This document shows positions 42,892-56,726 of a stretch of DNA of 64,000 nt, in pieces. Origin of the DNA: Octopus vulgaris (taxonomy: Eukaryota); the NCBI GenBank assembly GCA_951406725.2, contig OX597835.1:11842001-11906000 (forward strand), read 5' to 3'. Every line of letters starts with the position of its first letter. The first letter of the stretch is position 1. The notes beneath the pieces are model-generated. The model did not search any database and was not told where the DNA came from. It saw nothing but the letters and a program-made list of their open reading frames with translations. Made by a program: the position numbers and the translations under genes.

Positions 42892-43121
42892 GTTTCTTTA
42901 TTGCCCACAAGGGGCTAAACATAGAGGGGACAAACAAGGACAGACAGACGGATTAAGTCGATTACATCGACCCCAGTGCGTAACTGGTACTTAATTTATC
43001 GACCCCGAAAGGATGAAAGGCAAAGTCGACCTCGGCGAAATTTGAACTCAGAACGCAACGACAGACGCAATACCGCTAAGCATTTCGCCCGGTGTGCTAA
43101 CGTTTCTGCCAGCTCGCCGCC
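42892..43121 (-). mobile_element. SINE-A monomer, full-length (~230 bp)
   Basis: 19-bp TSD atcctaggggataatatct at 42873-42891 and 43124-43142. Head ggcggcgagctggcagaa...gagttcaaat (A and B boxes). Confidence 0.95.
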
Positions 43122-43466
43122 TTATCCTAGGGGATAATATCTATTCGTGCGTATCCTTCTGAGAGGGTGATGTTAGTAATGACGTCCGAAAGGCAGAACA
43201 GCTACGACGCAAGTCCGTACAGTTTCCTTTCTTTAAGAATTTCACCAAGTTTCTCATATAAACAAATAAAACAGAAGGTCGGATTAGAACCGACTTATCC
43301 AATTTACAATTTCAACTGGAAAATCTCCATTCGTACTTAAGAAATCAGTAATTCTGTAGTAATTCTGAGATTATCAGTCCACAGTAGACATACAAAATCT
43401 TGCTAGTTTAAATGTTACACATATGGCATCGGTCACACCCTACACACATACACACACACACACACT

Positions 43467-43520
<54 letters not shown>

Positions 43521-43592
43521 GATATATATATACATATATATATTTTTGTTTTAGCTCAGAGCTGCGGCCATGCTGATGCACCGCCGTTGCAT

Positions 43593-43705
<113 letters not shown>

Positions 43706-44461
43706 CCTTATTATTATCATAATTATTAGGGAATATTACTCCCAAGTACAGAGGAAAAAGACATTCAAATTAGATGTACTAAAATGAACCTCTCTCAATG
43801 TTTAACTCGAATATATAAAAGTAATTTTAGAGACAGAACCACCATCATCTCAACCCGACCACTCCATAAAATGTTAAAAATTAACATTTTAACTATTTCT
43901 ATTTTAACTATTTCTTATTTTAACTATTTCTATTCTGAATCCTGTAATCAGGATAGATATAGTAAGTATAAGATTTAATTTTTAACACTATTCTGCTTAC
44001 GATGGTATAGTCGTGAGTTCGATTCCTGGCGGTGCGCCGTGTCATTGAGCAAGGCACTTTATTTCACGTTACTCCAGACCACTTGGCTGGTAAAAATGAA
44101 AAGTACCTGTAATTAAAGGAACCAGCCTTGTCACATTCTTTGTCACTCTGAATCTCCCTGAGAATGACATTAAGAGGACGCGTGTCTGCGGAGCACTCAG
44201 CCACTTGGACGTTAATTTCTTGAGGAGGCTGTTCCGTTGACACGATTATCTTGAACACTCGTTTTTGTGACCGACGAAGTGTTAGTTTCTTTTAGATACT
44301 GAATCAACGACAGGGTACTTCTCCCATGTGTACTGATCCAGATATTATAATTTAACATAACCCAGGATCAGTGATTTCGAGGTAGAACTAAAAAAACTGA
44401 AAGGGACAGAAATAAGAGATACAAGTGACACCAATAACAATAACATTGGAAAGAAAGACAT

Positions 44462-44771
44462 ATTTTTGAGGGTGGGGGGCCAGTCCATTAGATCAGCCCC
44501 AGTACGCAACTGGTATTTAATTTATCGCTAAACATTTTGCCCGCCGTGCTAACGTTTTTTTATTTCTTTACTACCCACAAGGAGATACACACAGAGAGGA
44601 CAAACAACAACAGACAAAGGGATTAAGTCGATTACATCGACCCCAGTACGCAACTGGTACTTAATTTATCGACCCAGAAAGGATGAAAGGCAAAGTCGAC
44701 CTCAGCGGAATTTGAACTCAGAACGTAATGACAGACGAAATACCTATTTCTTCAGTACCCACAAGGAGCTA
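44462..44771 (-). repeat. Inverted duplicate of 45761-46069 (SINE-A array end)
   Basis: Shares private variants (ctcagcgg, acccagaaa, caacaacag) and the same internal breakpoints. Confidence 0.9.
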
Positions 44772-45007
44772 TATGATAGCAACGACTGGATTTCAGAAAT
44801 AGCTGAGATAACAAAAGAATAGCATCGCAAAAATATGGAAAGATAGACACAGAATGGAAGTTATAATTGTACTAAATTGGTTACGAGTAAAAAGAAAAAC
44901 ATCTGTTTTGTCTTTACAATTTTACTCCAGCGCAGTAAATATACAATGTCAGTTATATTCATTTCAATATGGCGATGATGCAGTAGTTCATAGGTAGTTC
45001 CTCCCAA

Positions 45008-45970
45008 GGCGTCGAGGTGGCAGAAACGTTAGCACGCCGGGCGAAATGCTTAGCAGTATTTCGTCTGCCGCTACGTTCTGAGTTCAAATTCCGCCGAGGT
45101 CGGCTTTGCCTTTCATCTTTTCGGAGTCGATTAAATAAGTACCAGTTACGCACTGGGGTCGATATAATCGACTTAATTCCTTTGTCTGTCCTTGTTTGTC
45201 CTCTCTGTGTTTAGCTCCTTGTGGGTACTGAAGAAATAGGTATTTCGTCTGCCATTACGTTCTGAGTTCAAATTCCGCCGAGGTCGGCTTTGCCTTTCAT
45301 CTTTTCGGAGTCGATTAAATAAGTACCAGTTACGCACTGGGGTTGATATAATCGACTTAATCCTTTGTCTGTCCTTGTTTGTCCTCTCTGTGTTTAGCTC
45401 CTTGTGGGTACTAAAGAAATAGGTATTTCGTCTGCCATTACGTTCTGAGTTCAAATCCGCCGAGGTCGACTTTGCCTTTCATCTTTTCGGAGTCGATTAA
45501 ATAAGTACCAGTTACGCACTGGGGTTGATATAATCGACTTAATTCCTTTGTCTGTCCTTGTTTGTCCTCTCTGTGTTTAGCTCCTCGTGGGTACTAAAGA
45601 AATAGGTATTTCGTCTGCCATTACGTTCTGAGTTCAAATCCGCCGAGGTCGACTTTGCCTTTCATCTTTTCGGAGTCGATTAAATAAGTACCAGTTACGC
45701 ACTGAGGTTGATATAATCGACTTAATTCCTTTGTCTGTCCTTGTTTGTCCTCTCTGTGTTTAGCTCCTTGTGGGTACTGAAGAAATAGGTATTTCGTCTG
45801 TCATTACGTTCTGAGTTCAAATTCCGCTGAGGTCGACTTTGCCTTTCATCCTTTCTGGGTCGATAAATTAAGTACCAGTTGCGTACTGGGTCGATGTAAT
45901 CGACTTAATCCCTTTGTCTGTTGTTGTTTGTCCTCTCTGTGTGTAGCTCCTTGTGGGTAGTAAAGAAATA
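45008..45970 (+). mobile_element. SINE-A pentamer (one full unit plus four 183-bp units), followed by an older SINE-A fragment to ~46100
   Basis: Junction gaaata|ggtatttcgtctg after 45238, 45421, 45604 and 45787. Confidence 0.9.
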
Positions 45971-47263
45971 AAAAAACGTTAGCACGGCGGGCAAAATGTT
46001 TAGCGATAAATTAAATACCAGTTGCGTACTGGGGCTGATCTAATGGACTGGCCCCCCACCCTCAAAAATGTCGGGCCTAGTGCCTAGAGTAGAAAAGAAC
46101 AAGTAGTTTCTCCGCATCCCACAGAATTAATTACTTGCTTTTGTATTTTAGATATTCAATAATGTGTTCAGTATTAAAATGATGTTGAAGAAGAAGTTTC
46201 TGAGAATTATCAATGATAATCAGATGCATCACCGTCTTACGAGGAGAAGAATGAGATAAATTGGAATATGTAAAACGAAAGAATTAGCCATACAGAACAG
46301 ATCGTCTTAGCTATAGTGAAATCATTACAAACCAATTAACCGGACATTTCATGCGTTTATTACTGTTCCATTACTCATCTTGTCAATAAGCATGGTATTA
46401 GCTTACCTGTCAACGGGTGATTAGTTCATTTCTCGCAACTACACGCACGACAAAAAGATTTCACTTTTCTAAGCTCAATCATCGGAACTCTAATCCGAAC
46501 GGAGTTAATCGTTGTACGATAATTAACGTTTCTATTCTGTTTACGAAATAATATCATATCAACACCGAAGTGGCTTCTATAGCAATGAATTATAGCGCTA
46601 AATACAACACAGCAGCCATTTTAGATCCGTCTTGGGGGGATTTATGGAATCATGCAATTTTACTTCCAATCTCTGATTGCCCTAAATTCTAATTTCAAAA
46701 TTGACAAGAGCAGGAGGGATACCAATGTAAAGATGGACGTAATTACGATGGCTTCATGTAATTCAATATTGAACACGGCAGTAAGAATAGATCGGATTTC
46801 TGTGAATGTTTCGTACATATCTCTTTTATTTAGCAATTAAGCAGCATTCTAGCAGCTTAACTAAGGTTGCCTTACTGCTGTTTCTTGTCATAGTCAATTG
46901 AGGCAATTAGAATTCATTAAAATGTGTCTTAGGCTTCTGGCACTAAATCATTTCCTTGTTATTGAGTAAATTTAAAACCCTATGAGATTTATTTTAGTTG
47001 TGATGACACAATCAATTAGAAAGCTGTCAGTTGTTCTTTTCATCCATCTACAATACTGATTGTTCAATGTTAATGGGAAATATTTATGAAGGCCACAGAT
47101 GAATCTTCAGAATTGAAGCTGCAATTCATGTGCCAAACCAAACTGACTAAAGGTTTTGGCAATAATGAATGACGCATCATGTTAATTACGAAAAAATTCA
47201 ATTATGCCGCCATTCGCAATTTGGTAAGCAAAAATCAAATTATGCCGATATATATCCTCAATT

Positions 47264-47562
47264 ATTTGTTTGTTGTTTGTTCCTTCTCGAGCCATGCCTA
47301 GCTCATAAGGGCCGGTTCCCCGGCGTATAAGTTCCCCACCTGGACGGGACGCCGGTCCATCGCAGGTGAGCTGCAAGATGAAAGAGTGTCAGTAAGTTGT
47401 GGCGAAAGAGTCAGCAGAAGTTCGCAATTACCTTCTGCCGGAGCAGCGTGGAGCTTAGGTGTTTCGCTCATAAACACGCACACATCGCCCGGTCTGAGAT
47501 TCGAACCCTCGATCCCTCGACCGCAAAGTCCGCTGCTCTAACCACTAGGCCATGTGCCTCCA
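47264..47562 (-). mobile_element. SINE-B-related element with a third tail type ending in (CAA/CAAA)n
   Basis: Head ggaggcacatggcctagtggttagagcagcggac..., then cctgcgatggaccggcgtcccgtccagg...ggctcgagaaggaacaaacaacaaac. Confidence 0.8.
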
Positions 47563-48424
47563 CAATATGTGTACTCAATTATTACCTGTTCTTATTGTGG
47601 AGGAAATTACATAAGTGTTTTTATTCTAGTATTACACAATCTAGTTTCTCAGCAAATTTTGCAAGCATCCAGCCAGATCATATCATTTTTTCTACTTCGA
47701 ATTCACTTTACTTCAGTTTCCCACGTGAGGAAACGTTTTATAATAGATAAACTAAAATGGTGACGCGGGGTATTAACAAATGCACATATTGCGATCTTGC
47801 TAAAATACTTTCAAATTCGTTTGGATCCAAATTGGTTTGTTTCAACTAATGAACCATCATGTAACCTAATGTTTATCATGAATTTCATTTCTGTAAAATG
47901 TTCTACTTTATTTCAGGTCGAATGCATTAAATTTAAGTATATGCTTTTAAAATACTGTACGTTTAAGACACTCCTATGCAATGCAAATGAAAAGAAAAAA
48001 ACATTCGATGAAATACAATGCCATTGTCTAATACGGTTATATTTTGCAATGGAATCTGCGTAAGAGGAATGGTCGAAGAGAAGAGTTGCTTGGTTAGCCG
48101 GAGGAGATATAGAACAAAGTTCTCTATTTGGTAAAAAAAAAAATACATTAATATAATTGCACTTGCATACGTTTGTTAAATCAAAATTTAGAAGCAGAAG
48201 ATCTCAAATCATACGCACGCGTGCACACGGACACAGACATGCGTTCATGTACAACATGATTATGCCGAGTCAGTTGAGTACCAAGTAAAGATTGTAGTGT
48301 TTACGGGTTCATATCAAACATTCGCCGCTTTTATATTTATAACCAAGATAATTAACTGCCATTTTCTTTTTAATATAAAAGATTAAAAAAAGAATTTCGA
48401 ATATCCAAGCAAAAGATATCACAT

Positions 48425-48965
48425 GAATTTGTTGATATCTACAAGATATTCGACAGTATCAACGGAAATGTCATGTTGAACTGTTGTACACGGGATGAGA
48501 ATATCGAAGCAATTATCAATAGCTATGAAAACCTATCAAGCATTATACAGGGTACAAACATTCCAGCCAAAGAGATTCCAACAACAACAGGAATCCTCCA
48601 AGAAGACATTCCAACACTTTTTCTCTTTGTTTCTAGTAGATTGAATCCTTAAGTAAAGAGTTGATTCCAGTCAATACAAAACCCTAACAAATCAAGCAGA
48701 AATAAGCCGGACGTCATCGGCGTCTGTGTCTCTCCAATTTTGACTATATTCATGATGATCTTGCCCTCACAGCTCATCATCAATTGTGTGATGCACAATG
48801 GTTTTTCAACATTCCCTTGACAATGTTGCAGCTGAAATCGGTCTGCATCTGAATACAGAATCTCTTCATCACTATCAATGCAAATAAAAAGCCCCCTGCT
48901 GATTTGTGTCAGCGATGGAATACAACGCAAGGCTGTCAGCGATACCAAATACTTTGGGTCCTATA
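48425..48965 (+). mobile_element. Highly decayed LINE reverse transcriptase (RTE-like)
   Basis: FVDIYKIFDSI, TTTGILQED..LFLF, DDLAL, AAEIGLHLN and KYFGS in the expected order. The clade is uncertain. Confidence 0.6.
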
Positions 48966-49589
48966 AATCTCATTGTAAGAAAATCTGATGAACACGCAAG
49001 GGTAATATACCCCATGAAATTCGCTTCAACTCTCTACGTTTTGAGATCAAATCTTACTGAAATAAACTTTGACTTTCATCTTTGTGAGGTCAAGAAAAAT
49101 AACTGACATACGAATCGTCCTGAGCAGTGCCGTCGCATCTACCTGCTCATATGCAACATTACAAACATTACTGGTTGACAGCAACTGGTGCAATACGGAA
49201 GGTACCACGACTGAATTATTCAGATACAACAGTCATTAAAACTGTTGATAGAGTAACATAATATAGCAGAAGTAGTCATATCTAAAAGAATGTTGACCTC
49301 TACATAAGTTTTCCTTTAATTAGGAATCTTCGAAAGAAATTGCTTCGAAAGTTACTACGGTTTTGATACTGTAGCCAACCTTCTAGAAAGTAAATGAGAT
49401 AGAGATATTGTGAGAGAAATAGAAGGGGGAAAAGTGATAAAAAATAAAAAGTTAATGAGGTATCACCTGAATTTCAAGGAAAATTCATTATATTGATTGA
49501 TTACAAAACATTAACGAAAAACTGGAAAATTTTCAAGCAAATTTACGTAAAATATTTCACAGCATGCCTGAGCTGGCAGAAATTTGTTC

Positions 49590-50000
49590 TCTCTTAACAC
49601 AATCGGTCTCGAAACATATCCTGGACACATATTACCATTAAAACGAACAAAAGCTTCACTGATTTATATTCATTTGAATTAAGTCCATGGATGATTGACC
49701 CGTTTAGTTGCGTTGCTCGTTCAGCTGAAGAAGAGATTCGAGAAGAATTAATTGAATTGCGATGCAATGAAAACACCAATTACATGTGTGATAAAGTGGG
49801 AAAGAATGAATTCAGGTCATTAAAACTCTGTAAAACATTATTTCCAATGTTATAGACCGAAACGGCCAAAATTATTTTCTATTTTCCAACATCAAATATG
49901 ACTGATACGAGTTCAGCAACTATGTGCATAATTAAATAGATTGAATGTATGATGAAGGGAGCAACGAGTATATAAGTTCGACTACAGGGAACGTAGCAAA

Positions 50001-50048
<48 letters not shown>

Positions 50049-50075
50049 CGGGGTCGCCAATCTCAAAGATATCAG
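49590..50075 (+). mobile_element. hAT (Charlie/ZBED-like) transposase C-terminal relic
   Basis: FTDLYSFELSPWMIDPF...EEIREELIELRCNE...LFPML*...FYFPTSNM, followed by a ggggtcgc subterminal motif. Confidence 0.6.
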
Positions 50076-50626
50076 TAAATGATTAAAATACAAATCTGTG
50101 TTTGAATAATTTTGATTCACATAATATGATGTAGGGATCATTTGAGAAAAGACTGAACAAAAATATCCAGGGGGCAATTGCTAATAACGTTTCATGCATA
50201 ACTGATTGAGAAGGGAAGCGTGTTCTATAACAGACTGATCGATCTCATTTGAAATTGATATTGTGTTCGATAACGAAGTGATCAATTCTTTGGTGGTTAC
50301 ATGTACTTTCAGTTTCCGTCTATCAAATCCACTCACAAGGGAAGCGTGCTCTATACTATTTTACTTGTTTCAGTCATTTGACTGCGGCCATGCTGGAGCA
50401 CCGCCTTTAGTCGAGCAGATCGACCCAGGACTCATTTTTGTAAGCGTACTGTTTATTCTATCGGTCTCTTTTGCCGAACCGCTAAGTTACGGGGACGTAA
50501 ACACACCAGCATCGGTTGTCAAGCGATGTTGGGGGACAAACACAGACACACAAACATACACACATATATACATACACATATATATATATATAATATATAT
50601 ATATATATGTGTGTATATATATATGC

Positions 50627-50658
<32 letters not shown>

Positions 50659-50708
50659 ACTTATTTCCTGCCTCTGTAAGACGAACACATAAGACGACAT
50701 TGTTGATA

Positions 50709-51297
50709 AGATTAGGTTGATTAAATCTTTCAACGTACATTTAAGCTTAAGGACTCAAGTGGACTGGTTTCTGTACTGGCAAAATAAATTACTTCAACGT
50801 CATCAGCACGTGTTACCATGAAAAGAGACCCAACAACCCGTATTGAAGTCTGAACTGCAAGTGATTCGTTTGGCAACGAAATCAAATTACATTCACCAGT
50901 AAGAATACTCTCTGTATAAGGGCAATCAATTCGTGAGAAGAAAAATGTAATTCTCTAAAATTAATTTGCTAAGATATTATTAATTTTGTTATTATCTGGA
51001 GTGCCTATTTTAAAAAGGTGATAATAAACGAATTAATAATATCTTAGCAAATTAACTTTCGAGAATTATATTTTTCTTCTCACGAATTGTTTGCCCTTAT
51101 TTCTCACTGTTGGAATTAATTTGATTTCGGTGCAAAGCGAATCAGTTGCAGCTCAGACTTCAATACGGGTTGTTGGGTCTATTTTCATGGTAACACGTGC
51201 TGATGACGTTGAAGTAATTTATTTTGCCAGTACAGAAACCGGTCCACTTGAGTCGCTATGCTTAAATGCACATTGCGAGATCTTATTAACCTAATCT
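50709..51297. mobile_element. Foldback/MITE-like element with ~280-290-bp inverted arms and a ~24-bp spacer
   Basis: agattaggtt...gttattatc (50709-50996) pairs with gataataaac...aacctaatct (51020-51297), with scattered mismatches. Confidence 0.9.
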
Positions 51298-51885
51298 GTT
51301 TTCAGTTGATTGTTGTAGTTATCATGAGAGTAATTTTTGGTGATGTGAATAAGAGTTTTGACTGTTATTTCCAACAGGCAGACATGTCCTTTGATTAATT
51401 TTAATTTTAATCCTTCAGTTATTTAATGCTTTTCTTGGGCCTGCGATCGCCTATGTTATTAATTCTATTATCATTTTTTAAAATAGTCATTCCAGATAAT
51501 AACAAAATTAATAAAACAGTGGGGGAAAATAAATATTCGTACACGTCAAAATTCTTTACTTTTTTAATTTCTAATGAACATAAATGGGATATATCAATAC
51601 TATATATGCATACACATGCATAAACTAAGAATATGCAAAAGAAACTAATAAATTATAGTAACTAATGAATTTATATACAATTATAAATATTTAGGGGTGA
51701 AAAAAGTATTCGTACAGAATAAATTTATGATTTTCTATGCCACAAAATACTGTTAAAATAATTTTTTTTTTACTAGAACTTTCTCATTTGTTCCAATAAT
51801 CTTATCAGTTGTCCTTTTTAAGTGTCAAAACAATAGCTTCTTCATTCAGCATCTCAGCAAACTGAGGTCATCACATTCCCTGTTG

Positions 51886-52288
51886 ATGTAACCATTCTGT
51901 GGGACTTTCCAGTACATACAGACCGAACCATCAAAGCCAATAAACCAGATATTGTTGTGAAAGACTAAAACAATAAAGTTTGCTTATTGATCGACATGAG
52001 CATCTCCTGTGATCATAATATCTCAGCGAAAGAGTTTGACAAGCTCAGAAAATATAAAGACCTACTCATTGAAATTGAGAAAATGTGGCATCTCAATGCG
52101 GTTACAATATCAGTGATCGTAGGAGCACTAGGAATGATCAAGAAGGGAACCGAAAATTATATGAGAATGATCTCTGGCTTACCATCCCTGCAAGAAGTGC
52201 AAAAGATTGTCTTAACTGGTACATCACACGTATTGAGAAGAGCATTGTCGATGTGAGAATTATTACTACCCATATATTTTAATTTAAC
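51886..52288 (+). mobile_element. R4-type LINE endonuclease/C-terminal fragment
   Basis: VTILWDFPVHTDRTIKANKPDIVVKD*...LLIDMS...KLRKYKDL...VIVGALG...QEVQKIVLTGTSHVLRRALSM*. Confidence 0.9.
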
Positions 52289-52985
52289 TTCCGCTGCATG
52301 GATTGCTTCTCTGTCTCTGTGGTTAAAAGTAATGGCCCCGACACTTAACATGGTTTAGGAAATAATCAAGGAAACCAGCTGGATCTGCCCGAAATAATGT
52401 CAGATTTTCCGTGATGTGCTCAGCCTGGAGCACATTTAAGTAGGTGTCAGAAGAGGTGGAATCCACGGAGCAGGAACCATCGTCATGGCAAGTCCATTGT
52501 ACAGAATATTTTCCATTCTCTCACGGGATATGATAATGGCATTGGCTAGGTCACTGGTAGTCACTCGCTGCCATCTATCACCATGGTGAACACAATGTAG
52601 CGTATATATTCAATGTTTTCCCTCGGTGGTGGTAGTTTCAGGATGTTAGGCATTGGGCCATCTTCAAAACTCTCCCTTCCCCTCTTAAAATCAGCTGCCC
52701 ACCTTTACATTGTTGGTTAGCAGCCATGTCAGCATGAAGGCCATTGGTGGATAAAACCTTTCTCAGCAGGTCATTGATAACACCAAGATGCCAAATTTTC
52801 TCCATTTCCAAGAAATCTCGCTACCACTTACTTCTGAAGTTCTCTTTGAACAACAGTCAGATCTCAGTTTAGGTGGAAAGAAACAATGCGGTTATTAAGA
52901 AGAAGAGTTTGAAATGAATGCCAGATTTCACAGCTCTATATTTACTCTTTCATAACCAACCTATGAACGTTTTAGCCCACTCTCG
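52288..52985 (-). mobile_element. Mariner transposon relic (5' TIR plus N-terminal transposase)
   Basis: TA|CGAGAGTGGGCT.AAA.GTTCATAGG terminus. Translation RWAADFKRGRESFEDGP...ISRERMENILYNGLAM..VPAPWIPPLLTP (WVP-like motif). Confidence 0.8.
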
Positions 52986-53064
52986 TATATGAATGTGTAT
53001 ACATATACATTTATGAAATCAATACATACATACATACACACACATATATATATATATATATGTG

Positions 53065-53116
<52 letters not shown>

Positions 53117-53772
53117 TGATACATACACATACATCTGCACACAGACAGGCAGGCATGCATACATGTATACATACAAAGACGAAAGAGAGAAACGAATATA
53201 GGTTGCGAAGAAGAGAGATCGAACTAATTAATGTAATTTTTTGTTTTTGCTTTTTAATTTTTTTTTTTTTTAAAATTTTTTTTTTTAGCAATTTCAGTAT
53301 ACGAAATAATTATTTCAAACCTGAAATTTTAATTGAAAATATAAATGATCTCCTTTACTTAATAACCAATTTTTGGTTTAGCTTATTTCAATCAATGAAT
53401 CGCTATATCTAGTCTTGTCTACTTTATATCATTTGCAAAATCTTTACAGAACGTTTTATGAACAAAAACTGGCGTATTTATGATTTGTGCTCAATTTCAG
53501 ATTTCTAGAAACACAAATATTTAAGATAATTGCTTTAAAATGTGATGGAATTCAACACGAAAACAACACACAAAAGCCCACACACACACACACACATACA
53601 TACTATATATACATATATATATATATACATTCTTCGATATATATGTGTATCTATACATTTATATATATGTACATGGATATATGGATATATATATATATAC
53701 ATATACATATATGTTTATATATACATATATATATTTATATATATACATATATATATACATACACACACACAC

Positions 53773-53830
<58 letters not shown>

Positions 53831-53882
53831 TCTATATGAATTGATACTTTATATACATATATATGCACATATATATTTATGC

Positions 53883-53915
<33 letters not shown>

Positions 53916-55754
53916 TGTATGTATGTATGTATGTATAATAAATGTTCGGAATTCAGATTTCCTTTTTGTTTCTTTTCCGTTGTTTGTGCGTTTGTTATCT
54001 CAGAATTAATTAAGATATATCGAAGCGATCTAATCGCAACTATTCAATTTTTTATATCTTGTTTGACTTTAAGAACAAATTATATTTATTCCACACTTGT
54101 ATTAAATTACCTGGTTGCTTGTTTAAACGCAGGAATAAACCATAATCATCAGCGTTAAACCATTCTTTCACTATGAAAATCTTTCTTTTCTTCATTGAAA
54201 CAGAGATGATTTTTGGGGTAATTTTCTCTGTTTTTTTAAATACATACAAACAACATTTGCGCAGCTCTTTTAACTGAATTTGAATCGCAAGTCGAGTGTT
54301 ATATAATTTACATTAATTGCTTTATTAATAAGAGTTCGCAAAAGTGACAAAGGAAACTATTTAAATATTTTTATCATCATCGTCATCGCCATCGCTCCTT
54401 CATCCTGCCGCTCCTTCATCCCCCTCATCTCCAGCGTCATCATTTATACAAGAAATGAGAATGTGAAGTGGATATCTCAAGGATAATTAAGTTATACTGA
54501 GAAATAGAAGTAGAAAATAATAAGATGTAGTTAAGAAATGATAACGATTAAACACACAATGATGAATAAATATGACGAATGGCAGAAAGGCCAAATGTCG
54601 GAGAGCAGGAATAATTTCTTGATATGTATGCGGAGTCTGCGACAAATGTTTGATTCGTTTCGTTAATTTCCTTCTTACAACATTCTTGTGATTGCAAATA
54701 CTGGTAAATGGCATGGAGTCAGTTTGGTTTCCACTAAGCGAAACTACGAAATCTTTGATCACTTATAATTGATTAGTAAATGATTAACCATTTGCCTGTC
54801 CTCTCTCTCTCATATTTGATACACAGAATATATTTTCTTAACGTCCAGCGTCGTAGAATTATACTTTCATAACCAACCTATGAACTTTACAGCCCACTCC
54901 CGTATATATGAACGTAAATTGATACTTTATATATACACATATATTTATGCGTATATGTATGTACGTATGTATGTATGTATGTATGTATGTATGTATGTAT
55001 GTATGTATGTATGTATGTATGTATGCATGTATGTATGTATGCATGCATGCATGTATGTATGTATGTATGTATGCATGTATGTATGTATGTATGTATATGT
55101 ATGTATGTGTGTGTGTATGTGTGTATGTATGCATGCATGCATGTATGTATGTATGCATGCATGCATGTATGTATGTATGCAAGCATGCATGTATGTATGT
55201 ATGTATGTATGTATAATAAATGTTCGAAATTCAGATTTCCTTTTTCTTTCTTTTCCGTTGATTGCTCGTTTGTTATCTCAGAATTAATTAAGATATATCG
55301 AAGCGATCTATCGAAGCGATCTAATCTATTTTCAACCAACAGAATAACTTGGGACCTATGAAAGGAAAGTTTCATATTGGTTTCGAGTTCAAATAAGTGT
55401 GTTCGTAAAATGAAGTTAGTTTTCCAGGCTTCGGATACCTAAACTTGAAGATGTTCGTTTTACGAGCCAAAGAAGCTTTAAGCTGCATGAGACCGAATCA
55501 AGCTATTATTAAGTAATACACACACACACACACACCTATTCCGAACATTTATTATACATACATACATATATGCATGAATGCATGCATGCATACATACATA
55601 CATACACACACACACATATGACTATGTACATGAATATACATATATGTGTACACAGATACCATACTCATATATATATATATAGAGAGAGAGAGAGAGGGAG
55701 AGAGAGATATTATATATTAAACATACAGTTACGTATATTCATAAAAACACGGGC

Positions 55755-55871
<117 letters not shown>

Positions 55872-56056
55872 TAGAAAAAAACACCTTTTATCAATTCGAA
55901 ATGAACAATTGAATTACACCATCTAGAAAATTAGATATAAATAGAAATGTTAAAATTAAAATAACAATAATATACCGATGATTAAGTAAATTGCAAATAA
56001 TAATAAAAACGTATATATTCCCTCAAATAATAATTATCATTATTATATATATATAC

Positions 56057-56460
56057 ATATTGTTATATTTCGGAATGGTCATTTTGCCAGTTTAGCCAAT
56101 AAAAACAAACGCACTATATATTTGGTGTTACTTTGCTTCAGTGTTATTTATTTTTTACATTAATCTTAATCTTATTTCGGCCAGAGTTCTTTCGTCACAC
56201 TCCTCTGACCGCATCAGTGATCCTTTGTTTTCTTCTTTCTTATTTGTGTCTCTCCTTACTAACCGTCAGCCATTTTGTATTTCTATTGTATGTCTTCATT
56301 TGCGCATGCTTATATCTCTATGTGCGTCTATGTTTATTTTGTGTGGGGGGGATGCCTATAATATTTGTATCTTCTGTTTATATACGAAATATAACAATAT
56401 CTGTTTCAACACACGACTTCACATAAAAAATCTTGCACAACAAATATATAAACGTATATA
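56057..56460. mobile_element. Second copy of the 30930-31287 family; hammerhead-like motif on the minus strand at 56181-56220
   Basis: Shared sequence blocks in a different order and orientation. Minus strand: tca CTGATGC g gtca[gaggagtg]tgac GAAA gaac TC tgg. Confidence 0.75.
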
Positions 56461-56464
56461 TATA

Positions 56465-56726
56465 TAGTGGTTGTGTACTCCTTATGCAGAGTTTGACCAC
56501 TTCCAGTACCTACACCTTACAACCATCATGGAGTCTGATGTGGCATTTCAAACCAGACAATGTTTTGAAAAGACATCCACAGATTGCATATCCGATTTGG
56601 ACGACCAAGAGCTACAGTTAATGTCTTTTGAGGCTTCCGTTAGATTTGCAGACCTTATGGCATACGCGGCATTGAAAGGGTTGCTCAGATATATAGGCAG
56701 AATAGTTGGCGGAGGTTCGTGTTCCG
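56465..56726 (-). mobile_element. Decayed pair of C2H2 fingers with a short 3' UTR and (TA)n; probable LINE (RTE-like) 3' end
   Basis: PFQCRVCHKVCKSNGSLKRH* and YAICGCLFKTLSGLKCHIRLH, broken by a stop and bounded by microsatellites. Confidence 0.55.

Noticed and set aside
47917-48129. Possible exon between tttatttcag and gtaaaa (EEWSKRRVAWLAGGDIEQSSLF)
   Set aside because: An in-frame stop lies immediately upstream of the peptide and the other frames are closed too; no homology recognised.
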